A DNA stretch of 64,000 nucleotides, from contig NW_005201192.1 in the NCBI RefSeq assembly GCF_000372725.1, forward strand, positions 248,001 to 312,000, written 5' to 3'. Shown piece after piece: positions 11,274-23,233 of the stretch. Position numbers and translations under genes: made by a program. Origin of the DNA: Emiliania huxleyi CCMP1516. Taxonomy: Eukaryota. The notes beneath the pieces were generated by a model. The model searched no databases, was not told the DNA's origin, and saw only the letters and a list, made by a program, of their open reading frames with translations. Positions within the stretch are counted from its first letter, which is position 1. Each line of letters opens with the position of its first letter.

Positions 11274-12953
11274 ATGCCCGGCGGAAGTCAAAACGAGGAC
11301 TCCATCGGTCTCGCTGCTCGGTTTACCAAGCTCCAGGACCTGAGCGACGCCGACAAGGTCCTGATCGAGAGGCTGCAGCGACAGCAGGAGGATCTCACCC
11401 GCAAGAATGAGGAGCTGCAGGTGGCGGCCGACGTCAGGCAAGCCGAGCTGGACAGGGTGCGCGAGCAGCTCTCTTCGAGTGAGAGGCAGCGGGGGAGGGT
11501 CGACTCGCAGCTTGAGGCCATGCAGTCGCGATTTCGCCGCTCAGAGTCAGACCTGGCGGCCAGGGTGTCGGAAGCGGAGCGGCACGAAGAGGCTGCCGCG
11601 GGAGCCAAGGCGCTCGCGGTCAGCGAGAAATCCCGTGCGGATGGAGCGGAGAGGCGTGCACAAGACGCGGAGAGGCGGGCTTCAGGTGCGGAGAGGCGGG
11701 TGGAGGGTGCCGAGGCATCTTCGGCAGCGGCGACAGCCGCGGCGAGGCAGGCAGGGTCTCTCGCGGCTAAAGAGGTGGCAGCACTGTCCGGCCGGTGCTC
11801 AGAGCTCGAGAGGAGGCTGTGCCAGGCGGAAGCGGCGGCGCGAGAGGCCAGCCAGGCCGAGTTCTCGAGAATGACTGACGCGATTAGCGGGCTTGAGGGA
11901 AGGGCTAGAGCCAGCGAGGCTGCCGCAGCGCAGGCGGGAAAGGTTGCTGCAAAGGAGATTGCACAGCTGCAGGATGAGATTGAACAGCTGAAGGATGAGC
12001 TACGACAGGAGTGCGACCAGGCAGAGCGTGCTTTAGCGCGGGTTGCAGAAGGGCAAAACGCGGCGGCTCACGAGGCGGAGGCCGTGCGGATGGTGGCGGC
12101 TGAGGAGGCCGCAAACGCCAAGCGGGAGGCATCACGCGAGCGTGAGCGCGCCGCGGCAGCCGTAGAAGCGGCGGGGGCTGCGGCGGCGCGCGCTGGCGCG
12201 CTTGCAGCGGAGGAGATTGCGGAGTTGCGCAAGGACAAGGCCGCGGCAGAGCGACTGGCCGAGACAGCCCAGCAGGAGGCGCAGATGGCCCGACAAGAGG
12301 CGGCTAGATTGCGTGACTCGAAGGACGCGCTCGAACGAGCCAACGCCGAGGCGACAGACCGGCGCTCGAAGGCGGAGGAGGCGAGAGTGGTGGCTGTGGC
12401 AGCGCTAGAGCGGCGGCTGGGTGCTGCGGAGACCGAGCTGCGGCGTGAGCGAGGGATGGCAGAGGCTGCCAAAGTTCAGAGCGAGAAGCTGTCCGGTGAG
12501 CTGTCCGAGCTCCGCTCGCAGATGCTTGCGCAGCGGGAGCGTGCCGAGGCAGAGGCTGTGGCAGCGGCCTCTGATCTACAGGCTCGCAACGCGGGTCTCG
12601 AAGCGCGTGAGGCGCAGCTGGCGACGGCGCTCGGGCAGGCGCTCAAGGCGGAGGAGGCGATGGAGGCATGTCTCACCTGCATGGCTTGCCTGAACATCCT
12701 GCGCGAACCAACGTCCTGCGTACCGTGCGGCCACTCATGGTGTGCCCAGTGCCTCGCCGACGCGGGCGGCGCCTGCCCCGAGTGTCACTCTGCGGGGAGC
12801 GGTGCGGCCGCGCCCCTCACGATCTACCCCTCGGTCACTGTGCCGTCCCTCGCCTCGCTCGCGGCCAACTTCGAGTTCCAAAAGAGGTCGCTGGCATCTC
12901 TGGCCGAAGCGGCCGCGTCGAAGGCACGAGGCAGCGCGCGGCTAGCCGCCTAG
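11274..12953 (+). CDS. Long coiled-coil protein with a C-terminal C3HC4 RING finger (putative E3 ligase)
   Basis: Intronless ORF with A/E/R-rich heptads ending in CMACLNILREPTSCVPCGHSWCAQCLADAGGACPEC. Confidence 0.85.
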   Translation: MPGGSQNEDSIGLAARFTKLQDLSDADKVLIERLQRQQEDLTRKNEELQVAADVRQAELDRVREQLSSSERQRGRVDSQLEAMQSRFRRSESDLAARVSEAERHEEAAAGAKALAVSEKSRADGAERRAQDAERRASGAERRVEGAEASSAAATAAARQAGSLAAKEVAALSGRCSELERRLCQAEAAAREASQAEFSRMTDAISGLEGRARASEAAAAQAGKVAAKEIAQLQDEIEQLKDELRQECDQAERALARVAEGQNAAAHEAEAVRMVAAEEAANAKREASRERERAAAAVEAAGAAAARAGALAAEEIAELRKDKAAAERLAETAQQEAQMARQEAARLRDSKDALERANAEATDRRSKAEEARVVAVAALERRLGAAETELRRERGMAEAAKVQSEKLSGELSELRSQMLAQRERAEAEAVAAASDLQARNAGLEAREAQLATALGQALKAEEAMEACLTCMACLNILREPTSCVPCGHSWCAQCLADAGGACPECHSAGSGAAAPLTIYPSVTVPSLASLAANFEFQKRSLASLAEAAASKARGSARLAA

Positions 12954-13434
12954 GCAGCGATGAAAGAGCCCGTGTGGACGCACACCGCACTGGCCACTGC
13001 ACGGTATCCACTGTGACGTGTTGAGGGCTGAGCAGTGAAGGGCTCCTGATGGGGTGATGCTAACACATCAAACCGATGATTTGTGTAGTGTGTAGGTTAC
13101 GATTGGGATTGCTTGAGCTAGCAGCTACCGCGAATTTCACTACATCGACGAATATCGAACTCAGGATACACACGTAACGGGGAGACGTACACACGTACTC
13201 CCTCACACACGCACCTGGCTGTGTATACACGAAACCTCTCTGGCTGTGCCACCTTGTACTTTACCGTACACCGCAATAAATAAATAAATAAAACGGGCAA
13301 ACTCTGAGACCGTACACCGCAGCACACACAGACATCTCAAAAACACACGAGATCCCTCGAAATCCCCAACCGTACAACAGTACCGACAAGAAACAAGCAT
13401 CTCTCAATCGAGCTCGCTTGCACACAGGGAAGTT

Positions 13435-14956
13435 CTACACGAGATGCTCCACCTCTCTGCCTCCTCCCCTCGCGACTAAACGTCTCAGGCCTTTGCCCTG
13501 ATACACCCGCCTCTCCTGCACCGCCAGCCACGCGGCTTGCGAAGTCGGCTCCTGCGAAGTCGGCTCTGCGCCGCCGCCGCTCTCCGTCTCGTAGCAGGTC
13601 GGTGTCGGCACCAGATCGGCCACGTTATTGGCGTTCCCGACCGCCGCCTCGTACGACTCGGTGGCGGCTTGGATCGCCACCTCGTTGGCCTTGGAGAAGG
13701 CGGACATGGCCATGGAGCCGAGGATGAGGTTGCTGCCGAGGAAGGTGAGGAGAAGGACCTCGAGGAAGGCGACGATGGCGGCCTCCCAGGTGATCGGCAG
13801 GCGCTCGGCGAAGCCAAGCCCCGTGCCGACGAGGAGCGAGTCGTACACCGCCTACGGTTGAGGCGCGGAGTAAGGTTGCCTCGGGACGCCGCGAAGGCGG
13901 CCTCCCCTGTGCTGCGGCGTGGTGCCTGGAAGTAGCCGATCAGAATGATCTGGTAGATTGGCCCCGGCTCCTCGCAGCCGTAGAGGTCGATCATGTTCTC
14001 TTGGGCGAGGGAGGGCGTGGTTGCGTGGTACGGGTTGATCGTCCAGCACAGCAGGAAGAGGTTCGCCTGCTCGCGGCGGTGGCGAAGTGTGCGCGGGCCA
14101 AGAGGGCGCTTTGGGGGGGGGGGGGGGTCGCGCCCAAAAGAGGATGCAGATGAGGTAGACGGCGAGTGCGGAGATGATGGACACGTTCCACTCTCCGGAG
14201 ACCATGGACAACATGCCCCTGGGGCGTGGCGGCGGCGGGCAAGGGCAGGGGTGAGACGCTGAAGCAAGCGCGCCAGGGGAGGTGCTCTAGGTGCTCTCCG
14301 GTCTGGCAGCGCCTCAGCGCCACGGTCTAGGCTGCAGGTCTAGTCAGTGCTAGACGCCCGCACGTGTACGTGAAGAGGACCGCCACGCGGTAGACGGCGA
14401 CGGCGCCCGAGCCGGCCGAGGCGAGCGCGGCGGCGAGGATGTCAATAGGGTTCGGCAGGTCTGGCTCGTTGCAGCTGTCGGGTGCAGGCGACGGGGAGGG
14501 CTCGAGCCACGGCTCCGGCTCGGGAGAGGGGTCGTACGAGTAGGAGTAGCTGCCGCCACCGCCCCCCTCGTCCTCCGACTCCTCTTCGCCCAAGCGGCGG
14601 CCGGCGGCGGCGGACGGCTCGGGCGGCCGCTGCGTCGGGTGCGCGCCCTCCGCGTGGATCAGCCGCTGCGGCTCCGGGAAGTAGGCGGCCACGTCTTCGT
14701 GGGGGATGAAGGCGGGGGCGGAGGGGTCGAACATGCGGTGCTCCGGCGGGGCGGCCGCCGCGTGCCGGTCTGCGAAGGCGAAGGAGGCTGCGGCGCCCTC
14801 GGCGGGGAGGGACGGCTGCGGGTCGGGGAAGTACGAAGGAACGTCCTCCGACGGGATGAGAGGCGGGCGGGGCTCGGCGCCAGTCTGCTGGTGCTGCCGC
14901 TGCTGCTCCTCTCGCGGCGGCGGCCACTCCTCGGGCACGTCAAAGTAGGATGGAGC

Positions 14957-14987
<31 letters not shown>

Positions 14988-16371
14988 ATGCGGCGTCGCC
15001 CGAGCGGGAAGTCTGTGCCGGACGCGACTCGCTCCTGCGGCGGCGGAGAACGGTGTGTGTGTGTGTGTGTGGGGGGGGGGGGTTGAGAGTGTGTGGAGAG
15101 GGGCATGTAGAGCGAGAGGCGGTGAGGAGAGGGGCGGGTTGTCGTGTGGCGTGTGGAGTGTGTCGCCTGGATCTTCTCGACGGAGAGCTCTGGCCGATAC
15201 TCGTTGTACACCTCGACTGTGTACCAATACGGGTCGCCGGGCACGTGCCGGCGGAAGTTCCACGCCTAGAGGGACAGGGGAGGGGGGGCGTGAGGGGAGT
15301 GTGAGGGGGGGGGGGGGGAGAGAGAGAGAGAGAGTGAAGTCACGGCACACCTTGAGTTCTGGCTCCGGTGGCAGGGGTGAGAGAGGGCAGTGGGGAGAGG
15401 GGCGGCGGAGAGAGGACGGCGGCGCGCGTCTCCGACGCTGAAGATGCCAAACCAGCACACGTTGCAGAGGCCGAGGGCGATGAGCCTGTGTCAGGGTGCG
15501 GCTGGGATCGCGTCTCGACGAAGCACGGGGCGCAGAGACGGCGAGGGCGGAGACGGGAGAGAGAAGAGGGGGGCAAGGGGCGTGGGAAAGGAGTGTGGCG
15601 CCAGATGACGTCGATCCACACGGCGTCGATGCAGCACTGCGTGAAGCAAGCGGAAAATTTGGCGACGAGCGCCCACGGGCCGAGGTACTCGCACGGGTTG
15701 GAGTACACTCCCTCGCAGCAGCCCTCGCCGCCCTCGCCGCCGGCCGAGGAGTGGCCTTGGTGGAGGCGGTGGTCTCGCAGCGCTCGCGCGTGCGCTTTCG
15801 CCGGCCCGCGCGTGCGAGCCGGCGGCGCCGTCGGGTGGGCCGGCGCCGCCGACGACGGATACGACCGCGGCTGCAAGTCACCTCCTGCCCGCCTGCCTGC
15901 CTCTTTTGCACTGCGGAGGAACTCTGCTGACGGGTACGCGGCTGCAGGCTTGTCGACGGAAGTTTGAGCCGAAGGCGTGTGCGGCTTGCTCGGTGGTGCG
16001 GCGGCGGGCTGCGCGGGCACAGGCCTCGTGGGGAGGCCGCGCCGCCGCCGCATGCCAGAGGCAAGCGCTGGCGGCGAGCCGTCGATTATATGCGGAGAAT
16101 AAGAAGGAGGCGGTGGCAGCCGTCGCAGGAGCTCTGCCATCTGCAAGCGCAACGTCTGTAGCTCCGCCAGCGTCCCGCCATCGTCATCGGCCTGCAGCTT
16201 GAGCTCCGCCAATGGCTTGTCAGGCGACGGCAATAGCGTACTTGAGCACGAGATGGAGGACGAGGTAGCCGACGTACTTGAGCACGAGATGGAGGACGAG
16301 GTAGCCGACTCCGGCGCGTCCGAGCGCGGTCCGGACTGCAGCAGCCTCTGACTCACCTCGCGGGCCGGCAT
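13435..16371 (-). CDS. Multi-exon membrane protein with a K-channel-like TM/pore-helix/TM module
   Basis: Hydrophobic exons, ending with IILIGYFQ|AVYDSLLVGTGLGFAERLPITWEAAIVAFLEVLLLTFLGSNLILG, which resembles pore helix, filter and inner helix; polyQ tract in a middle exon. Confidence 0.55.
16237..16308. repeat. Perfect 36-bp tandem duplication (in frame, SATSSSISCSST x2)
   Basis: CGTACTTGAGCACGAGATGGAGGACGAGGTAGCCGA occurs at 16237 and 16273. Confidence 0.95.
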
Positions 16372-16957
16372 CGACCGAGCGACGAGGGAGGCGACGCAAC
16401 CTTGCAAGCGCAAGGTTGGCCCGAATATGCAACGTGTTAGCGCCGCGGAAGTTCTTTTTATTTCGCGAAAAATAACGCACGGACCCTCAGCGGAGCTGGG
16501 AAGAGGACCGCCGCAAGCGGCGTGGCGTGGAGCGGTTGAGCATCCCTCCGGGGGCCCCTCTGCGCCGGGGAGGCGTTGTTGGAGGCTAGGACGCAAGCGT
16601 CCGTCGCCCTTTTCAAACTCGGGGCCCACTCCGCTACGCTCCGACCCGAATTTGGAGGGCCTGAAAAGTTTAAGGTGTTGCTGCGCAAAAGGGTGGGGAG
16701 CGCAGGCGCGGCGCGCAGTGGAAGCACGCTAGCCATACATATTCAAGCAGAGAAGCTGACGGTCGGGGTCGTGACGGCTCGAGGGTGCGCACACTAGCGG
16801 CCGGACGCCTCACCCGCGGACGCCTCATTCGCACGCGCACCCTCCAACACCGCCGCCGAGCCCATCCACATGAGACACACACCACACAGCCTCACCCGCC
16901 TCTCGCGGCAGCCAGCCTGGTTGCCTCGGGTCGGGCCGGCGAGGCGCGACCGACGCC

Positions 16958-17791
16958 TCAGCGCTCCATCACCGTGGCGGAGATGCCAACGGTGGCGAGC
17001 TTCGAAATCGTCGTCGCGGCGTCGGAATCGCTGACGAGGATCTGGCCCATGCCATCTTCGACGAAGGTGACGAAGGACGAGGTGATGCCTGCCTTCTTGA
17101 GGACGAGCTCGATGGGCTCCACGTAGCGCTTGCCGTCCGGGATGGAGAGCCTCAAGCCGGCGCGCACCGGTGGCAGCGCAGGATGAGGCGGCAGCTGTGG
17201 AGGGTTGGGGCGCATTTGAAGGCGCTGGCCCCGACGCGCCATTGACTGGGTCGGGGTGGTTCCTCACCCCTCTGCTTTCTTCAATCAAGCGGGAAGAGTC
17301 TGAGCAAGGGGGGCGGATGGGGCTGGCTGCGTCACCTTGGAGCATGAAAGGTTCCTACGGTAAGGCTACTCGGGCACGCAGCGCCTTGGCTTGGCCCCCG
17401 AGCGGAGAGGCGGTCGACGACGCGCAGCATGGCGGTGAGCGCAGCCTGACGACGCGTCTTGATGGACGGATCCTTCTGCCGGCTGACCAATGTCGCCCAC
17501 CCCTTGATCGGCGGCTTCGTCACCAACATGCGCTCGAGAGGCGGAGCAGCCTCGATGCGATCCAGTTCGGTAGCTATCTTGTCGCGCAGCGCATCGTCAA
17601 AAGGCAGCTTGTTGCAGGCGTCGCGCGCGTCCCCGAGGTCACGCAGGAGGCTCTCCATATGTGTTGCAATAGACCCCCGCGTTTGGTTGTTGTTGCAGTG
17701 CTCCCGTAAAAGTCTTGGCACCAGCTGAAGGCTGCTTGTGCTCGACACTCTGCTCCCGGGTCAGTTGCTGCGCTGCGCCGACGCTCCGCCA
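16958..17791 (-). CDS. Hypothetical protein, probably multi-exon
   Basis: Protein-like segments MESLLRDLGDARDACNKLPFDD... and LRLSIPDGKRYVEPIELVLKKAG...; no family recognised. Confidence 0.4.
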
Positions 17792-17881
17792 TCCTTCGCT
17801 GCGCTCGTGGCGGGAAGCAAAGAGCCGCTCGTGTGCGTGGGGCGCAACTAGCTCTCTCTCCACTGGGTCGGCTGCGAGGCT

Positions 17882-18393
17882 GTGGCATCGCTAGACGAGA
17901 GCGGCAGCGTCGTCCTGACGGCCAGCGATCGCTTGGCCCAGATCGATGACGACTACAGCGACGATGGCGGCTCTAAGTGGAATGGGCGTACCGGCAGCGT
18001 CACATGGCTCGGCCGCCTGAGTGAGCAGGATAGCTTGCTGAGTGTGGACGACTCCTATTCGCTAGCCAAGGCCTACGAACATGGTTCGAACGCCGGCCTC
18101 GAGATCAGTCCAGAGCGGCTGGCGCGGCTCGCCAGAGACGTGAGAGCGCTTTGCGACGAGTTTGTCAGCCTCGCCGGTCCGGGTGTCGAGCAGCTACTGG
18201 AGCAGCTGGGAAAACGGCACCAGAAGCGCCAAACGCGCTGGCCGTGCACGCCGCGGCGCTCCTCAACCCCGTCGATCCGATCGACGACGGGGTTCTGTTT
18301 ATTCGCCCGGCAGTGATGACCGCGCGCTCGACGGCGAACCGCCTCGATTACGCGGAGCGTGGGTTGCGGCACGCAATCGAGCGGTCTCAGTAG
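17882..18393 (+). pseudogene. Possibly frameshifted gene fragment; the C-terminus is reminiscent of LON-N-domain family tails
   Basis: ORF 17882-18316 is protein-like to VEQLLEQLG and continues in another frame as APEAPNALAVHAAALLNP..IRPAVMTARSTANRLDYAERGLRHAIERSQ; shift near 18210; no clear start codon. Confidence 0.4.
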
Positions 18394-18587
18394 CTGCTTG
18401 TTCTTAGCAATACCAATGCCTGTGGTGCTCTGAAACGTCACCCCCAAAGTTATATTTCTTTTTAGCCTTCGATGTCGTGTCACGTGTGTTGAACGCAAGG
18501 AAAACAAAAAAACGCAACGCGACACACACATGACACCTCGCTCTCGGGCCCACAGGGACAGGCATCCGTCCCGCACACACCCGCCAC

Positions 18588-19400
18588 TTGGCCTGTCCGA
18601 GGGTTTCCGGCAACCCAGAGGGAAACCAGAGGGTCCCCAGCACTTTGCGTTTCCGGAAGTTTCCAGGGAAACCAGAGGGTGTTTGGTGCTCCATTCTGTT
18701 TCTCTCGAGTTTCCCTCGGGAAACTCGCGAGTTTCCCTGAGTCTGAGAGCTGGTCTGGGGCAAAATCTGGGGCAAAATTGAGGAAATCGGCACGATACCC
18801 AGGTATTTTCCAGGTATACCGGGGTTTTCCAGGTATTTTTTGCTTCCGCCGCTTCGCCTTCGTCTCCTTGCTGCGCAGCAGGGTGTAGTTCGGGCCCACC
18901 TCCCCCACGCTGTCCAGCACGTGGACGGCGCTCGCCATCTCGACCGCGTCGTCCTCCGGCGGAAGCTCCGCCTCGCCCGCGGCCGCTTCCCGAGCGCGCT
19001 CGTCGCGCATCCGCTCGTGGTGGGCCTGCCGACGCGCCACGCCGGCGCCCGTGTGCCTCGCCGCCGCGTCCGGCGACGGCATCGATGCTGTCCGCACGAG
19101 CGTGACTCGCCACTCAACGACCTCCACGACCTCCACGATCGCCGAAAAGTTCTCCCACTCGCGCTGCCCCAAACCTAAATCGTCTCTACAGTTACATACA
19201 TACCCGCAAAATACCCGGTATTTTGCCGATTTTGGCCCCAAAACAGCCTCAGACACGGCTCAGAGCCCCCCCAAAATGACGAATTCCACGGAGTTTCCCC
19301 GGGGTTTCCCGAGGAACCTAGAGGGTGTTGTAGGGAAACGAGCAGGAAACACGGAAAGGAAACCAGGTAGGGTGCGAGAGGAAACCCTCGGACAGGCCAA
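18588..19400. mobile_element. Non-autonomous TIR DNA transposon, TTGGCC-end family, with an internal coding-like segment
   Basis: Perfect 21-bp TIR TTGGCCTGTCCGAGGGTTTCC (18588-18608, 19380-19400); 8-bp TSD CCCGCCAC (18580-18587, 19401-19408); arms homologous to 37370-37907. Confidence 0.95.
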
Positions 19401-19628
19401 CCCGCCACACCCGCCGCGCGCGCCCCGCCCCGGGTGGGAGAGAAAAAAAGAAAGAAAACAGGCACGCCAAACGAGGGATGGGACGAGGACAAGGTCCCCA
19501 CCCTGCACGAGCAGGATTTTGGAAGGACGATCAGGGGGACAGGTGGGGAGGGACACTTTCAAGCGCCAAATTCTTTTGCCCACGCCGACCTCGAACCCCA
19601 TCGGCAAACACCCAGACCAACTACTGCG

Positions 19629-22257
19629 ATGCCAGCCCTCGCCGCGCTGCTGGTCGCTTCAGCAGCCTGGCGAGTCACGCCATCGCCGCCGCTGTCGCCA
19701 CAGTCGCCGCATCGCCGGCTGCCTCAGCCTCTCTCGACGCTGGCGACGGCACCCACCATTGTGCGCGATGTGACGCCTCTCCGGCGACGGCACCTCGCCG
19801 AGCTTGCTCGCGGCGACCTCTCCGCCGCTCGCTTCCTGCGCGACGCCGCCGATTCGACCAGCGAGGTCTATGGCCTCGTCAACGAGAAGGTGGCAGTGAG
19901 TCTCGGCCCGGCTGCCGCCTGGGACCGGGCGCGCGTCGCCGTCTACTTTGCGCTCTGGTATCTGCTCTCGGTCGTCTACTCGGTCAAGAACAAGCAGGCG
20001 CACATCGCTCTCGCGCTGCCTCTGAGCATCGCCACCGCTCAGCTCGTCGTCGGCAGCTCTCTCGACGGCGCCGCCTCTCCACACCGGGCGCAGGCCGCTT
20101 CACCACGCCTCTTTCCCAGTAGGCGGCCTCGTCGCGAGCTTCTTCTGGCTGAGCGGCGCACGCGCGCCTCCCCGCGTCTCGTCGGCGGCGCTGCGCACAC
20201 TGCTGCCAATCGGGCGCCACCCGCTCGCGCTGGCTGTGTCACACGAGGCTCGGTTCACAGACGTCTTGTGACGGAGCAGGCTCTTCCACGCCGTCGGCCA
20301 TCTCGCCGGCGTGTTCGCCACCGCGGTGGGCTCCGTCTCGTTCGTGCAGGCTGCGCGAGGCTGGCGGGCCGAGGGGCCAAGGTGTGCGGCCGCTCGTCCC
20401 AGCCCTCCCCTCGCACCTCGACAGGTCGTCAAGTCGGCGGGGCCAGTGTGGGCGTGCTTGCTCTCCGGCCTGCTCCTCCGGCAAGGCTCGTCGCGCCGCG
20501 TGTGGCTCTCGCTGCTCCCGATCGTGGGAGGCGTCGCCCTCGCGTCGGCGCAGGAGCTGAGCTTCGTGTGGGCCGCCTTCCTCGCCTCGGCCGCGTCGGA
20601 CGTCGCGCTGGCGCCGCGCGACACTTTGCCGAGGAGGCGCCCGCCCGGCATGTCCGCGACGCGGCCCTCCTCCGCCCGACAGGCGCTGCGCAACGTCCTC
20701 TCCAAAAAGTCGATGGACGGGCCTCAGGTGGGGGAGGGGAGGGGAGGGCTAGGNNNNNNNNNNNNNNNNNNNNNNNNNNNNNNNNNNNNNNNNNNNNNNN
20801 NNNNNNNNNNNNNNNNNNNNNNNNNNNNNNNNNNNNNNNNNNNNNNNNNNNNNNNNNNNNNNNNNNNNNNNNNNNNNNNNNNNNNNNNNNNNNNNNNNNN
20901 NNNNNNNNNNNNNNNNNNNNNNNNNNNNNNNNNNNNNNNNNNNNNNNNNNNNNNNNNNNNNNNNNNNNNNNNNNNNNNNNNNNNNNNNNNNNNNNNNNNN
21001 NNNNNNNNNNNNNNNNNNNNNNNNNNNNNNNNNNNNNNNNNNNNNNNNNNNNNNNNNNNNNNNNNNNNNNNNNNNNNNNNNNNNNNNNNNNNNNNNNNNN
21101 NNNNNNNNNNNNNNNNNNNNNNNNNNNNNNNNNNNNNNNNNNNNNNNNNNNNNNNNNNNNNNNNNNNNNNNNNNNNNNNNNNNNNNNNNNNNNNNNNNNN
21201 NNNNNNNNNNNNNNNNNNNNNNNNNNNNNNNNNNNNNNNNNNNNNNNNNNNNNNNNNNNNNNNNNNNNNNNNNNNNNNNNNNNNNNNNNNNNNNNNNNNN
21301 NNNNNNNNNNNNNNNNNNGGCGAGGGGAGAGAGCACGGGCGCGTGAGGGCCCGGAGAGTGCCTCCGAGGGCGTGAGGAGGGGCAGGCGAGAGAGGCTGAC
21401 GTCTCGGGGGGCGTGCTGCAGGCGGAGAACATGAGCCCGCCAAACACCTTCTACCTCTTCACGCTCCTCTCGGTGCGGGGAGGAGCCGCGCCGCCGCACG
21501 GCGCACGCACAACCGCCCACGCCGCCTCTCTCTGCCGGCAGGTGCTCTGGAGCCTGCCCCTCACCCTCGGCCTCGAGGCGCGCGGCGCGGTCGCCGCTTG
21601 GTGCGGTGCGGCCCCCAGCCGACAGGCGTCCGCCTCGCTGCTCAGCCTGATCGCGCAGTCGGGGCGCCTCGCGTCGCCCCTCTCTCGCGTCGCTGGCCGC
21701 GACCGGCCGCCCACAGGCGCGTGTCTGCTCTAGGCTGCTCTTCACAGCCTACACCGAGGTGCAGTTCCAGGCCCTCGACTCGGTCAGCCCGGTCACGCAC
21801 GCGGTTGGCAACACGATGCGGCGGGTGCCCGCGTCACGCCCCGCGCCACCGCCGGACTCATCTCTCCGCGCTTCGCCGCGCCGCGCCGCGCCTCGCCTCG
21901 CCGCACATGCCTCGCACATGCCCCGCCGCCTCCCGTCACGCCTCCCGTCACGCCTCCCCCCCCTCCCAGGTGGTCATCATGCTCGTCTGCATCGCCGTCT
22001 TCCGCACGCCCGTCTCCCTCCTGGGCGGCGTCGGCTCAGCGATCGCCATCGCGGGCTCGTATGCCTACGCGGCGGCCAAGACAGCCGAGAAGCTGCAGGC
22101 CGGGGCGGCGGCCGCAGCCGAGAGGGCGGCGGGGGAGGGCGAGGGGGCAGGCGAGGCGGCCGGGGCAGCCCCCGGTCGCGGTGTGGGAGGGGGGCGGGTG
22201 GACCATCCGCTGCTGCCGCTGCTGAGGGCGCTCGGCCGGACGGGCCTCTGCGGCTGA
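19629..22257 (+). CDS. Plastid triose-phosphate/phosphate translocator (TPT) family protein, multi-exon, spans an assembly gap
   Basis: Signal peptide MPALAALLVASAAW; YFALWYLLSVVYSVKNK, GSVSFVQ|VVKSAGPVW, LSLLPIVGGVALASAQELSF, LDSVSPVTHAVGNTMRR|VVIMLVCIAVFRTP. Confidence 0.9.
20754..21318. other. Assembly gap (N run) inside a TPT intron
   Basis: Run of n characters. Confidence 1.
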
Positions 22258-22627
22258 GAGAGGGCTTGGCTTAGAGAGGGCTTCGCGCCGGGGACGCGTG
22301 GGCTTGGCCCGATAACACATGTCTCTGTGCGCCGGTACTGCGCAGTGTTCGCATGTCGACTGGGGAACGGCTCGAGAGGTTGCTCTTTCTCACTGTCTCG
22401 ACGTCGATCTCTCGCGCACTCTCAGAGACTCTGTCTATCTCTGCGATGTCGCGAAAAAAAACGGCGCGCACATGCATGTCGGTTATATGACACGCCTCGT
22501 TCATGAACTGACCGTAATCGCATGGGTACTAGCACACGTAAACCAGACAGTGCTCCTAATAAGCACTCTCGATTATCCTCAATCTCTGTTCGGTGTGCGC
22601 TGTGTCTGTTGCACTCCAAATACCATC

Positions 22628-23233
22628 TCAGTTCTCAGGCCATGCCTTCACAATTCCACGAGGCAGCGCGGCGTCAGAGGTGTCCGCCCTCGTCGGAGCT
22701 ACGCCGGCGCCCTCGACCGGGACCATGCCGCAGAAGACCGAGTTGGCTGCGGTCCGCTTCATGGACCGTCCAAACTTGCCGTCCATCGATTCGAGCTTGG
22801 TGGCCTGCTTTGTCGAGACGCTCGCCTCGGCGGCCGTGTCGTCCGTCGTCGGGTCTGCGATGTCAGGCGTGGCCTCGACGGGAATCATGCCGCAAAAGAC
22901 GCTGTTTGCAGCTGTCCGCGACTTGGACCGAGCAAAATCGTTGAGGCACTGCGAACTGACGTGCTTCGTCGGCGAGCTGACGCTCAGCGAAGCCGGCGAG
23001 GGCTCGCTCGGTGAAGCCGTCGGGCTAGTTGGCACGACCTTGCCGACAAAGTTGTTTGATCGCATCATACCGCAGAATTCACTGTTTGACTGGCTCCGCG
23101 CCTTGGACCGCGCAAAGGTGCCATCAATCGACTCGAGAAGAGCAGCTGGTGGCACAACACGCGCTGTGGCACTGGCAGTCGGCCAGCGCGCGGGGACAAG
23201 CGCGTAGGCAGCAAGGCTGAGGGTGGCAAGCAT
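22628..23233 (-). CDS. 201-aa putatively plastid-targeted low-complexity protein with three F(A/G)RSxxRxxxNSxFCGM repeats
   Basis: Intronless ORF; hydrophobic N-terminus followed by an R/A/P/T-rich transit-like segment; three motif copies conserved at the protein level. Confidence 0.75.
   Translation of the reverse strand: MLATLSLAAYALVPARWPTASATARVVPPAALLESIDGTFARSKARSQSNSEFCGMMRSNNFVGKVVPTSPTASPSEPSPASLSVSSPTKHVSSQCLNDFARSKSRTAANSVFCGMIPVEATPDIADPTTDDTAAEASVSTKQATKLESMDGKFGRSMKRTAANSVFCGMVPVEGAGVAPTRADTSDAALPRGIVKAWPEN

Noticed and set aside
19434..21745. Long ORFs running through the N gap
   Set aside because: Artefacts of translating unknown bases.
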